DNA of 64,000 bases from Candidatus Poribacteria bacterium (lineage in GTDB: Bacteria; Poribacteria; WGA-4E; WGA-3G), in contig OZ244048.1 of assembly GCA_965215265.1 (NCBI GenBank), positions 2,592,001 to 2,656,000 on the forward strand, written 5' to 3'. Below are positions 8,958 through 18,400 of this stretch, one piece after another. The position numbers were made by a program, and so were the translations under genes. Each line of letters begins with the position of its first letter. Positions within the stretch are counted from its first letter, which is position 1. Under the pieces are notes generated by a model. That model searched no databases. It was not told where the DNA came from and saw only the letters and a list, made by a program, of their open reading frames with translations.

Positions 8958-10007
8958 CTAATTTGGAATAAGACATACTTTCCCGAAATTTTGGCGTTTC
9001 TCCAAGCGGGTCTGTGCCTCGCTGGCATCGGAGAGTGGCATCACGGTGTCAATAATAGGGATGAGTTTACCCTGTCCAGCGAGCCGGATGAGCGTTCGGA
9101 GTTCAGTTATCGTCCCTAAGGCGGAGCCCATCACCGTTATCTCTTTCTGATACATTTTCCGGATATCAATTTCGGCAATGTTGCCGGTTGTAACACCACA
9201 TGTGACGAGGCGTCCGTTTTTGGCCAGGCTGGCGATGCTCTGCTGCCAGGTTGCTGTACCGATATGCTCGAGAACAACATCGACACCACGTCCATTCGTT
9301 TCTTTAAGTATGACATCTGAGAAGTCTGTCTCAGTGTAGTTAATGGTAACGTCTGCGCCGTGTTTTCGGGCGATTTCGCATTTCCGAGCGGTGCTGGCTG
9401 TTGCGAAGATGCGTGCCCCTGTGAGTTTAGCGAGCTGTAATCCTGCGCTTCCGACACTGCCACCGGCACCGAGTATCAATATATCTTCCCCAGGGTGCAG
9501 CTGCGCCCGCGTCATTAGCATGTGCCACGCGGTTAAGTAAGCTATCGGCATCGCCGACGCATTGACAAAAGATAAAGCGTCGGATATCCGGATTGCGTTT
9601 CGCGCAGGAACCTTGACATATTCCGCGTACCCGCCGTTCACTTGGAAGCCCAGCAACGCTTGGGTTTCACACAAATTTTCGGCACCACGGTGGCAATCGT
9701 TGCAGCTGCGGCAAGGAACACATGGCGCTAGGACAACACGGTCGCCAACGGAAACCGCATCCGCTACTCCACTCCCTATTTCTGCTACGACACCTGCAAT
9801 ATCAGAACCGAGAATATGCGGCGTATCGCCTTTACGAAGTTTTTCCGCAATTTCCGGACGGTTGCGCCGGGCATGGATATCTAAATAGTTGACCGCGCAC
9901 GCCTCGACTTGGACAAGAATGTCGGTGGTATCTATGACAGGTTTGGAGACCTCTGTATATTGTAGTACCTCAGGACCACCTTGTTGTGAAAAAACGACAG
10001 CTTTCAT
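8958..10007 (-). CDS. zinc-binding MDR-family dehydrogenase/quinone oxidoreductase
   Basis: CxxCxxCx7C structural zinc motif, GAGGSVG NAD(P) motif, C-terminal FGKVCL. Confidence 0.92.
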   Translation of the reverse strand: MKAVVFSQQGGPEVLQYTEVSKPVIDTTDILVQVEACAVNYLDIHARRNRPEIAEKLRKGDTPHILGSDIAGVVAEIGSGVADAVSVGDRVVLAPCVPCRSCNDCHRGAENLCETQALLGFQVNGGYAEYVKVPARNAIRISDALSFVNASAMPIAYLTAWHMLMTRAQLHPGEDILILGAGGSVGSAGLQLAKLTGARIFATASTARKCEIARKHGADVTINYTETDFSDVILKETNGRGVDVVLEHIGTATWQQSIASLAKNGRLVTCGVTTGNIAEIDIRKMYQKEITVMGSALGTITELRTLIRLAGQGKLIPIIDTVMPLSDASEAQTRLEKRQNFGKVCLIPN

Positions 10008-10091
10008 ATTTTTTGTTGATTAGGCGTTCACTCCTACAGCCACTGTCTAGGTACGTTTGCCGAATTTGTGGGTAAGAAGCGTTATAAAAAC

Positions 10092-10901
10092 CTAACCGTA
10101 AGCCCCGTGGTTTAAGAAACCGAGCAGACGGCGTAGACGCGGATCGGCATCTTGATATACCGTCTCAGGCATGGCGTAGTTGATAAAGGGGTAATACTTA
10201 TGCCCGATGAGCCGGCGAGCATAAGTAACCTGCGTGATATAGCGGATGCGTTGACTCTGATTCGGTCCGCCGCGATGCCAGACTTGGTTATTAAACATGA
10301 TAACGCTGCCGGCGTTTCCGAGATTATAGTGAATTTTTTCTGCCCACTCCGTCCCTTCCACCGACCGCGGTGGCGAGGCGCCGAACAGATGGGATCGAGG
10401 GATAACCTCTGTGCCGCCGTGTTCAATGTCGGTTACATCTGTGAGATAGTAATTTGCTGTGAACAACAGCACCGGTAGGCGTACGTTCTTTGGGGGTTCT
10501 CCATCTGTGACAAGGTAGTGCGGTGCATCGTCCTGATGCCATGTGGTGATGCCGCCCCCCGGGAACGTCTGAAACGAATTGTTATGGATAACGTGGCAGT
10601 TTTCTGCAACTAGTGCTTCTGCAAAAGAGACAATCGGCTCCAAATCAAACAAGCGGCGATTTGCTTCGCTGTGTTCAAACATGCGATGGCTTAAGTGCAT
10701 AGAGCCTGCACGGCTGCCGCTGTTTAAGCCGTTCGGGTTGTTTTTTAGTGCCCACTCTAAATCCTGCCGGAGTTCCACGCAGTGCTCGGGGCGTAACACG
10801 TTTTGTAGGAAAAGGAAGCCTTCGCGGTGGAATCTCTCGACCCATTTCTGAATTTGTGCATCACTCACGCGCTGCTCTGCTAAATAGGATGTTTGTGCCA
10901 T
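10092..10901 (-). CDS. phytanoyl-CoA dioxygenase (PhyH) family Fe(II)/2OG oxygenase
   Basis: WHQD...GGTEVIPRSH...WHRGGPNQS triad pattern. Confidence 0.9.
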   Translation of the reverse strand: MAQTSYLAEQRVSDAQIQKWVERFHREGFLFLQNVLRPEHCVELRQDLEWALKNNPNGLNSGSRAGSMHLSHRMFEHSEANRRLFDLEPIVSFAEALVAENCHVIHNNSFQTFPGGGITTWHQDDAPHYLVTDGEPPKNVRLPVLLFTANYYLTDVTDIEHGGTEVIPRSHLFGASPPRSVEGTEWAEKIHYNLGNAGSVIMFNNQVWHRGGPNQSQRIRYITQVTYARRLIGHKYYPFINYAMPETVYQDADPRLRRLLGFLNHGAYG

Positions 10902-10959
10902 GTTGCTACCTCGTCAATTTGTAATATCTCTTGCACGGTGCCTCCCTGAAAAACGTTAA

Positions 10960-11024
10960 TTCGTCTACTGGCGCCCAATAAAGGCGACTGCAATGCTAAA
11001 ACCTGTGAAAACCTCGTCAGAGCC
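10960..11024 (+). repeat. dispersed 65-bp intergenic element, copy D
   Basis: TTCGTCTACTGGCGCCCAATAAAGGCG...AACCTCGTCAGAGCC; 52/65 to the reverse complement of 575-639. Confidence 0.75.
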
Positions 11025-11175
11025 GTTTTATGTGTAGATTTTACCATGCCTCGGACATTGTGACCGGAAGTGAGTCCGGGGTGTTTTCAAACTTGCGAGC
11101 CAAAATGTCCTCTTATTTTGATAAGCCACTATAAAACGTTTTATCAGCGCTAGTTTTCGAGCGCGATGCCAACGT

Positions 11176-14100
11176 TTACTTTCGGATGAGCATCTTGCGT
11201 GTTGCTATGAAATCCGGTGCCGTAAGCGTGTAAAAGTAGATACCGCTCGCCACCGGCTCGCCTAAGGTGTTACAGCCATCCCAATACGCGGCGCGTCCTT
11301 TCTGCCGATAACTACCTGCAGGCTGATACCCCACCTCCAATCTGCGAACCACTTTTCCAGCCACCCCATAGATGGTTAGCGTCACAGGTCCTGGGGCCGA
11401 CAATTGATACGGTATCCACGTCTCTGGATTGAACGGATTGGGGTAATTGGGCAGCAATGCCGTCTCTTTCGGCAGTAATGCGGCGAGCAGCTGCTCTAAA
11501 ATCGCTACCACGCGCTGCTGCGCCGGATCCGTGAGTGCCGAGTGGCGTGCCTCGTCAAGCCAGTGCTGAAGCTCAGCGACAGAGCGCCCTGACAACGTGA
11601 CAGCCCGCGCAGCCGGGGATGCCGCGTCTCCGAGTGCCTCGGCCACAGCAATCCAATCCTGAAGGTCTACAACCCCATCGCCGTTCACATCCGCACTGTC
11701 CGTGCCGGTCTGCCCCAAACGGAGGGTAACCAACTCCAAGTCTGCGATAGTCACCAATCCATCGCCATTCACATCCACGGCGAGTGGCATCGGTATCGTG
11801 CTCCTCGCGCTAAAGGTTACGGGATACCTTATCTCCGCCGCCGTCACGCGCACTTGGTTCACCCCCGGATTCGCGCCCAAGATGAGGGTGCTCTGTGCCC
11901 TGCCGTTGGCATTGGTTGTGGCAGTGGTGGCCAGGAGCCGTCCACCCCCTTCGGTGACGGTGAACTGTACAGAGACACCGGACATCGGCTTGCCGTGTTC
12001 ATCCTGTGCACTGATAACGAACGCACGCGGCAGCTGTGTGCCGGCTTCGCCTTCTTGGCTCTCACCGGAGATTTTTACCAAGGCGGCTTGTGGGTTCGGG
12101 TCAAACGTCACGTTCACGCCGTTCGCCTGCAGTGCGGGGATATGCGTGTGGATAGCCGCATGGTTCAGCGGGTTGTACCGCAGGCGCAGCTCTGTCAGTT
12201 GTGTTAACCCTGATAGCGTAGAGATATCCAAGATGGAGTTGTTCCCTAGATTCAGAAAAGTGAGTTGTGTTAACCCTGATAGCACGGAGACATCCGAGAT
12301 GGAGTTGTTCCCTAGATTCAGAAAAGTGAGTTGTGTTAACCCTGATAGCACAGATACATCCGTGATGGCATTGTTAACAAGATACAGCGATGTCAGTTGT
12401 GTTAGGCCTGATAGCACAGATACATCCGTGATGGCATTGTTACCAAGATACAGCGATGTCAGTTGTGTTAGGCCTGCCAGCGGAGAGATATCTGTGATGG
12501 CGTTGCCCCAAAGATTCAGCGATGTCAGTTGTGTTAGGCCTGCCAGCGGAGAGATATCCGAGATACCGTTGTACGAAAGTCCCAGCGATGTGAGTTGTGT
12601 TAGGCCTGATAGCGGAGAGATATCCGTGATGGGGTTGTCCCAAAGTTCCAGCGATTTCAGTTGTGTTAGGCCTGCCAGCGGAGAGATATCTGTGATGGGG
12701 TTGCCCCCAAGATACAAATATGTCAGTTGTGTTAGGCCTGCCAGCGGAGAGATATCTGTGATGGTGTTGTCCCTAAGATTCAAAAAATATGTCAGTTGTG
12801 TTAGGCCTGATAGCGGAGAGATATCCGTGATGGCGTTGCCCCAAAGATTCAGCGATTTCAGTTGTGTTAGGCCTGCCAGCGGAGAGATATCCGTGATGGT
12901 GTTGTCCCTAAGATACAAATATGTCAGTTGTGTTAGCTTCTCAAGCGGCGACAGATCCGTTACCGCATTGCTGTTGACAAACCCCTCTCCTGCAATATAC
13001 TCACCACCTAGGTTCAGTCTTCTCAGATGGCGTGCGTGTTCAAGTCCAGTGAGGTCTGTTATCTGACGGTTCGGGGCTTCAAGATGCGTTAACGCGAGCA
13101 TCGCATGCGTCGTGAGCGCAGTCCTTCGTGCCAAACCGAGCGATTCCTGCACGGCGGCGGCTAAGTTCGCATCCGGGATGAAGATCGCTTCAGGCGGCAG
13201 TTGTATTAAGCGTAACAGTGCAGAAATATCCGAGATACCGTTCAGCGATGTCAGTTGTGTTAGGCCTGCCAGTGCAGAGAAATCTGTGATGGGGTTGCCC
13301 GAAAGACTCAAATCTGTCAGTTGTGTTAACCCTGATAGCACAGATACATCCGAGATGGCATTGTCACCAAGATCCAGCGATATCAGTTGTGTTAGCTTCT
13401 TAAGCGGCGACAGATCCGTTACCGCATTGCTGTTGACAAGCCCCTCTCCTGCAATATACTCACCCCCTAGGCTCAGTGCTCTCAGACTGCGTGCGTGTTC
13501 AAGTCCGGTGAGGTCTGTTATCTGACGGTTCGGGGCATTAAGATGCGTTAACGCGAGCATCGCATGCGTCGTGAGCGCAGTCCTTCGTGCCAAACCGAGC
13601 GATTCCTGCACGGCGGCGGCTAAGTTCGCATCCGGGATGAAGACCGCTTCAGGCGGCGGCAGCAGCGAGACAACATCAATAGGGAAGCCGTCCCATGTAG
13701 TGAAAGTGTTCCCACGTACATCCATAACGCTAAGGCCTACCACCTTATTTTGGGGGGATAATCTGGTTGTGACAATTTCAACTTCAACCTTGCTGCGTGC
13801 GGTGCCGTTGAATGTTTTGCATTCAAGCACTTCCCAGAACCCTTTAGCTTGACCCGCAAGTGTTTTTGTCAGCACCTGTGCTTGGTAGAGTCCGTCGGGT
13901 TCGGTAACCTCAAAACGGAGGCGGATAGCATTCGGGGGTGCGGCGAGGCTCGCGGCGAGCATTTTGACCGCGGTGCGTCTGTCCTCGAAGTCAGTTGGGT
14001 CGGTATTGAAGGCGCGGTGGACATCCAAAAATGCAGCATCGCATTCGGATAGCCGAGATAGGTCGCCGTCGTAAGACATAATGGAGGTATCACTGCCGAA

Positions 14101-14742
14101 GTTATGCTCCAATCCGAACGCATGGCCGAGTTCATGCGCAACGACAGTCAAAGTCCAACTATCAGGTTCAAAGGGTGTATTCTCAGTTATAGAATGTTCT
14201 TGCGCAACGACAGTCGAAGTCCAACAGTAGATGTGTACATAACCTCCGGACCCGCCGCCACCGCCGATACCGCAGACAGGGAATTCAGTATCCTGGGTCT
14301 CTATCATAACGAGAGTGATACGCCCCACTTCGGATATGTCAACATGTGCGTGGATTTCTTCATTCCACGCCAATATATTATTCCCATGATGTGCGTGATC
14401 AAGGATTTCTTCATTCCATGAGGCTCTTGTATTATTCAGATAATGTGCGTGATCAAATTTCCCCACTACATGATGTATGGTCGCATTTCCACGTGCATCG
14501 GTTTCAAACGCAAAGGTTTTTCTGCCGAAACCGTGAGCTTCCATCTCGTCGGCGAAGTAACGTTGTGCTTGCTTTATTAACGCGTCAATCTCTGCGTCTA
14601 CATTGTCGCGGGCGGGCATGTCGCGGGCGCGGAAGTAGACGATTTGGACTACCGGCCGGTGTTCTGGTGCCGATGCCACTGGGTGTGTGAAAAAAAGGAG
14701 TGTCAGACAAACGAACCCGATTGAAATCAATTTTCTCTTCAT
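11176..14742 (-). CDS. secreted zincin metallopeptidase + internalin-like LRR + Ig-like + dockerin + FlgD/T9SS-like C-terminal domain protein
   Basis: Signal peptide; HELGHAFGLEH; 22-aa LRRs; DVNGDG twice; LLPNYPNPFNPETWIPYQL...ATRKMLIRK tail. Confidence 0.92.
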   Translation of the reverse strand: MKRKLISIGFVCLTLLFFTHPVASAPEHRPVVQIVYFRARDMPARDNVDAEIDALIKQAQRYFADEMEAHGFGRKTFAFETDARGNATIHHVVGKFDHAHYLNNTRASWNEEILDHAHHGNNILAWNEEIHAHVDISEVGRITLVMIETQDTEFPVCGIGGGGGSGGYVHIYCWTSTVVAQEHSITENTPFEPDSWTLTVVAHELGHAFGLEHNFGSDTSIMSYDGDLSRLSECDAAFLDVHRAFNTDPTDFEDRRTAVKMLAASLAAPPNAIRLRFEVTEPDGLYQAQVLTKTLAGQAKGFWEVLECKTFNGTARSKVEVEIVTTRLSPQNKVVGLSVMDVRGNTFTTWDGFPIDVVSLLPPPEAVFIPDANLAAAVQESLGLARRTALTTHAMLALTHLNAPNRQITDLTGLEHARSLRALSLGGEYIAGEGLVNSNAVTDLSPLKKLTQLISLDLGDNAISDVSVLSGLTQLTDLSLSGNPITDFSALAGLTQLTSLNGISDISALLRLIQLPPEAIFIPDANLAAAVQESLGLARRTALTTHAMLALTHLEAPNRQITDLTGLEHARHLRRLNLGGEYIAGEGFVNSNAVTDLSPLEKLTQLTYLYLRDNTITDISPLAGLTQLKSLNLWGNAITDISPLSGLTQLTYFLNLRDNTITDISPLAGLTQLTYLYLGGNPITDISPLAGLTQLKSLELWDNPITDISPLSGLTQLTSLGLSYNGISDISPLAGLTQLTSLNLWGNAITDISPLAGLTQLTSLYLGNNAITDVSVLSGLTQLTSLYLVNNAITDVSVLSGLTQLTFLNLGNNSISDVSVLSGLTQLTFLNLGNNSILDISTLSGLTQLTELRLRYNPLNHAAIHTHIPALQANGVNVTFDPNPQAALVKISGESQEGEAGTQLPRAFVISAQDEHGKPMSGVSVQFTVTEGGGRLLATTATTNANGRAQSTLILGANPGVNQVRVTAAEIRYPVTFSARSTIPMPLAVDVNGDGLVTIADLELVTLRLGQTGTDSADVNGDGVVDLQDWIAVAEALGDAASPAARAVTLSGRSVAELQHWLDEARHSALTDPAQQRVVAILEQLLAALLPKETALLPNYPNPFNPETWIPYQLSAPGPVTLTIYGVAGKVVRRLEVGYQPAGSYRQKGRAAYWDGCNTLGEPVASGIYFYTLTAPDFIATRKMLIRK
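12180..12940. repeat. intragenic ~66-bp tandem LRR-coding array
   Basis: Repeated AGTTGTGTTA(GG/AC)CCTG(CC/AT)AGC units about every 66 bp. Confidence 0.9.
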
Positions 14743-14862
14743 AAAAAAACCTCTTGCTTTTGAAACCTTTCATTTTTGAGATATTTTGCGGAGGTGCCGG
14801 TTTTGCACCGTCTCCGAAATTTTGGCGACAGGTGCTGTTCGGGGAGCAGGGGCAGTAAGCCC

Positions 14863-14913
14863 CTACTTCCGGATGAGCATCTTCCGTGTTGCTACGAAAT
14901 CCCCTACTGTTAA
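14863..14913 (-). pseudogene. orphan 3' end of a paralogous C-terminal-domain gene (LTVGDFVATRKMLIRK*)
   Basis: Near-identical to the last codons of the LRR gene (LTAPDFIATRKMLIRK*) but lies upstream of it, with no matching gene body. Confidence 0.75.
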
Positions 14914-14945
14914 AAGGATAGGGCGACGCGCTCGTGCATACCGGG

Positions 14946-15284
14946 CTAACCCATTGCCGCAGCAACAATAATGCCCAGCGAAATCAGCACACCTGCAACC
15001 GCAACACCCGCAGCGACGTTATTTTCTTCGGCGATCTGGCGGTTCAAATCGTACGGCGTTGCGATATCAAAAACCTTATAGCCTATCATGAGCACCACTA
15101 AACCTACGATGCTAAACACAATCCCTTCAATGATGAATCCGGCTAAAACTTTGAAGTTCACCATAGGTGCGTCTTGCACTGCCCCGGGAGCGTCTTGTGC
15201 ATTCGCCTGGGTTCCTAATAGTGCAAGCGCGACGATGGATACTATCACGAAACAGAACGTGGTCGATACAATTTTCTTAGTCAT
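14946..15284 (-). CDS. DUF350 family membrane protein
   Basis: FDIATPYDLNRQIAEENNVAAGVAVAGVLISLGIIVAAA signature. Confidence 0.85.
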   Translation of the reverse strand: MTKKIVSTTFCFVIVSIVALALLGTQANAQDAPGAVQDAPMVNFKVLAGFIIEGIVFSIVGLVVLMIGYKVFDIATPYDLNRQIAEENNVAAGVAVAGVLISLGIIVAAAMG

Positions 15285-15346
15285 TTCGAGTTCCTTTGTG
15301 TAATGTGCGGCATATTATACCGTGTTACACAGTTTTTACAATTCTT

Positions 15347-15411
15347 TTTGTATACTGGAGCCCTACAACGCTTTATGCATTGTAAAGTCCTGTATAAATC
15401 TCGTCGGAGCC
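15347..15411 (+). repeat. dispersed 65-bp intergenic element, copy E
   Basis: TTTGTATACTGGAGCCC...AAATCTCGTCGGAGCC; 48/65 to the reverse complement of 575-639. Confidence 0.7.
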
Positions 15412-15476
15412 TTTCTAGGTTATGGATCTAATAAATTGCCTATAGTTATAACGCTTGCGCGCCTCTATAAGCCTGT

Positions 15477-18400
15477 TTATGGTTTGACAAGTTCGAACTG
15501 CACGTCCACTGTTGGGTGCAGGTATTTTATGAGTATGGTGTTTTTCTCTTCAAGATAGCACCAGCCGGAAGTAGCGGTTTCGAGCGTTTCTACCGTTGGA
15601 ATCTCGGTGGTGGTGATGGCGTAATTTTTCTCGCCGCGCAATTGCCGGTATCGCGTACGAACTGCCTTTGGGGCGCGTTTGTACCCGGCGATGAGTGTAT
15701 AACTGGTTTGGTTTTCTGCGTAGCTGAGATTCCAAGAGAGCTGCCCGGTCTTTGCATCTAGGGTAAGCCCTTCTACATTTGCGCCGGAGCTGACGTGGGC
15801 TCCATCCACGATGGCAGTTTTTATGCCCGGATCCAGTCCGAGAAGCGTATAGACATTTACCATAATATCTTCTGGATTGAGGTGTGGACCGCGCCGTTCG
15901 GTACAAAATCCGTAGAACCCATCTGGATAGGTTCCTTTGCGTTCACCATCGGCCCACTGCTGATACATTGCACTGACGGTGATACCCTCCGCGACTTGTT
16001 GCCACAACGTCTTGCTTTTTCGAGTTTTGGTATTTTTTAAGCGCGCGAAGTGTTGTAAATAGTAGGCAAAAACCAAGCCGTTCCATTGGACAGGCACGCC
16101 AAACCATGGATGTGTGTAAAAAGTCGTACCGAAAACGGGGATTGATGCAAAGAGCATGCCGGGCCGGTCAGGTAGATGCCATTGGTAGAGAAACGGCAAG
16201 CCGGTCTTAGCCCAATGTTCGGCGTGCCTGAGATTCGCTTTATCGCCGGCGATTTGGTACGCCTCAGCGTATGCGCCGATTGCAAGGGCAGCAGCGAGGA
16301 GGTCCGGTTGATACATGGGGCATTCCCACAGCTGCGCCCCGCGTGGAATGGTGAATTTCTTCATGAATGCGAGTGCCTTGAAACCTGCGTCTCGTGATGT
16401 TTTATCCCCGGTAATCCGGGCATGTTTGAGAAGCGTCAGCGCGTGCCCGGTGCATGTGCCAAGTACTGCCTCTCCGGGGGTGCCCAAGGTTGCGGTTTTC
16501 TCATTTGTTGGCTGCCACCGCCAGCTGCCGTCCGCTTCTTGGGTGTCAATCAGTTGTCGTGTTTCTGCTTGCATGTAATCCAATGCTGCGTCGAGGTGTC
16601 CGACATAGAACGGGAATTCCCAGTTCAAAATATGAGATGAGCCGCGTGCGGCTAAGGCAGCTGGGCCGGACTCGGCACACGTATTTTTTGCGATAGTCTC
16701 TACGCGTGCTTTTACCGTCTCATCGCTGGTAGCCAGATAATCGTACCAGAGCAACGTTCCGAACCCGGGTTCATTATGTGCTGGCCAATCGATACAGTGG
16801 CGCGATTTCTGCGTATCGGCATCCCATGTGGTATGCATAAATCCGTGCCGTGAAAGCAGGAGTTCCTCCTCATCACTCCGGGGCGGCTCCAGCGGTTTTG
16901 GTGTACCGTAGGCATCGTGCCAATGCGCGATTGCATCTAAAATATCCGCTTTTCCGTCAACGATCAGCTCGCTTTTAATGGAGAGCAGCTGCCCGCCTTG
17001 TAGCGAATACGGTGTCGTGGCAACCGTCTGATTTTCCGCAACCCATTCAGGGACAGTCGGGAGAAATAGGCCCATCAACGTATTTTTCTGATGCTGATGC
17101 CAATTCGGCGAGGCAAATATCGCGGATAGCATCTTGTTTTCTCCATCCCAGCTATCCAGTGGATTCCAGATAAGGCCAACCAGTGAATTCTGCATCTCTA
17201 CCGCCATGAGCGGCACGGTAATTTTATAAGGATGCGGGACTAAGCGATTGTGGAGCGGTGGGGCAGCATCACGTGGGTTTGAGGAACGTTCCGTTTTGTC
17301 TAAAAATTCAAGCCCGGGGAATAGGGCAGCGGTTTTTCTGTCCCCATTTTGCCCAGGCACCGCGGCATAGAGCATCGGACCCTGGAAGGCGAGGAGGTCC
17401 ACTTTTTGACTCGCTTCTAACTGGAATTCAGTTCTGACCCGTTTTGCCTTTTCCGTGAGTACCCACGTGCCACGATAGTTCCACGTTACGCCATCGGCAT
17501 CGACATGTTCACCGGCTATATGGATGATGGATTCACCACTATTTCCGGCTAAGCGATACCCGGTTGGGACGAATCGGAAAGTCTGGTGCTGTTTTTGGCT
17601 ATCGATGTAGGTAACTTCAGAGAGCGCGGGACAGGTGGCTACCTGATGATAGGTGCTGCCTTTCGCGACGAAAAGGACGTAGTACTCAAAACCTTCGGGT
17701 GCAGCTTGTGAACGGGTATCATTTTTCTTTGAACCACCAGCACTCCTACCGTTGACAAAAACGAGGCGGAGATGCTTGTTTCCGATGACGATGTGCCCAG
17801 CTTGATTAAAGGTATGGAGCTCTGGAACCACTTGATCAGAGAGCTTCGGCAGTGCTGGACGAATTGCAATGTTCCCTGCTGTGGTGTGCCGTTCTTCTCC
17901 TGCGGATGTTTGTGACTTAACGGAGACGGAGAATTTGACGGGCATAGGCTGCGCGTGACGGCGCGGGAACCAAGAGATGATAGTTTCTTCACCGGTAGCA
18001 AGTTTTTTGATGTTTTGTGTGTGCCGGCCGCGCCGGAGCTTCACGCCGTTGATGACAAGTCGTGCGATATCGGCTTTTCCAAGGGGTGCCTCGCCTATAT
18101 TCCGTACGGTACATTGCAGCTCAAAATCTTCGCCTGCTTGGACAACGGCGGCTGTAGCACCGACACTCGTAATCTCCAGTTTCGGTTGTGCGGCGTAGAG
18201 TGCCAATGCTACAATTTGCGAAGATATTGGTGGGGACTTCTCGGAATTCACAATCTGTGCGTGGATATCCGCTGCTAATTCCGAGACACGCGTTCCATCA
18301 GGTACGCTAAATTCCAGCAGTTGCGGCTTTTCATCAGAGAAACGTGCGAGCGCAGTGCCGCAGTAGAGCGTAGGTTCCTTATCGCCTCTCGCTTTTCGCA

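Noticed and set aside
10960-11024. CTGACGAG...GACGAA on the minus strand resembling a hammerhead ribozyme core
   Set aside because: CUGA is not conserved in the other copies (CAGA, CCGA) and stem II does not pair.
12180-12940. 66-bp periodicity resembling a CRISPR array
   Set aside because: Units are in-frame LRR codons without unique spacers.
11702-13066. 454-aa plus-strand ORF with periodic repeats
   Set aside because: Antisense shadow of the LRR array; repetitive DNA lacking stops, not an independent gene.
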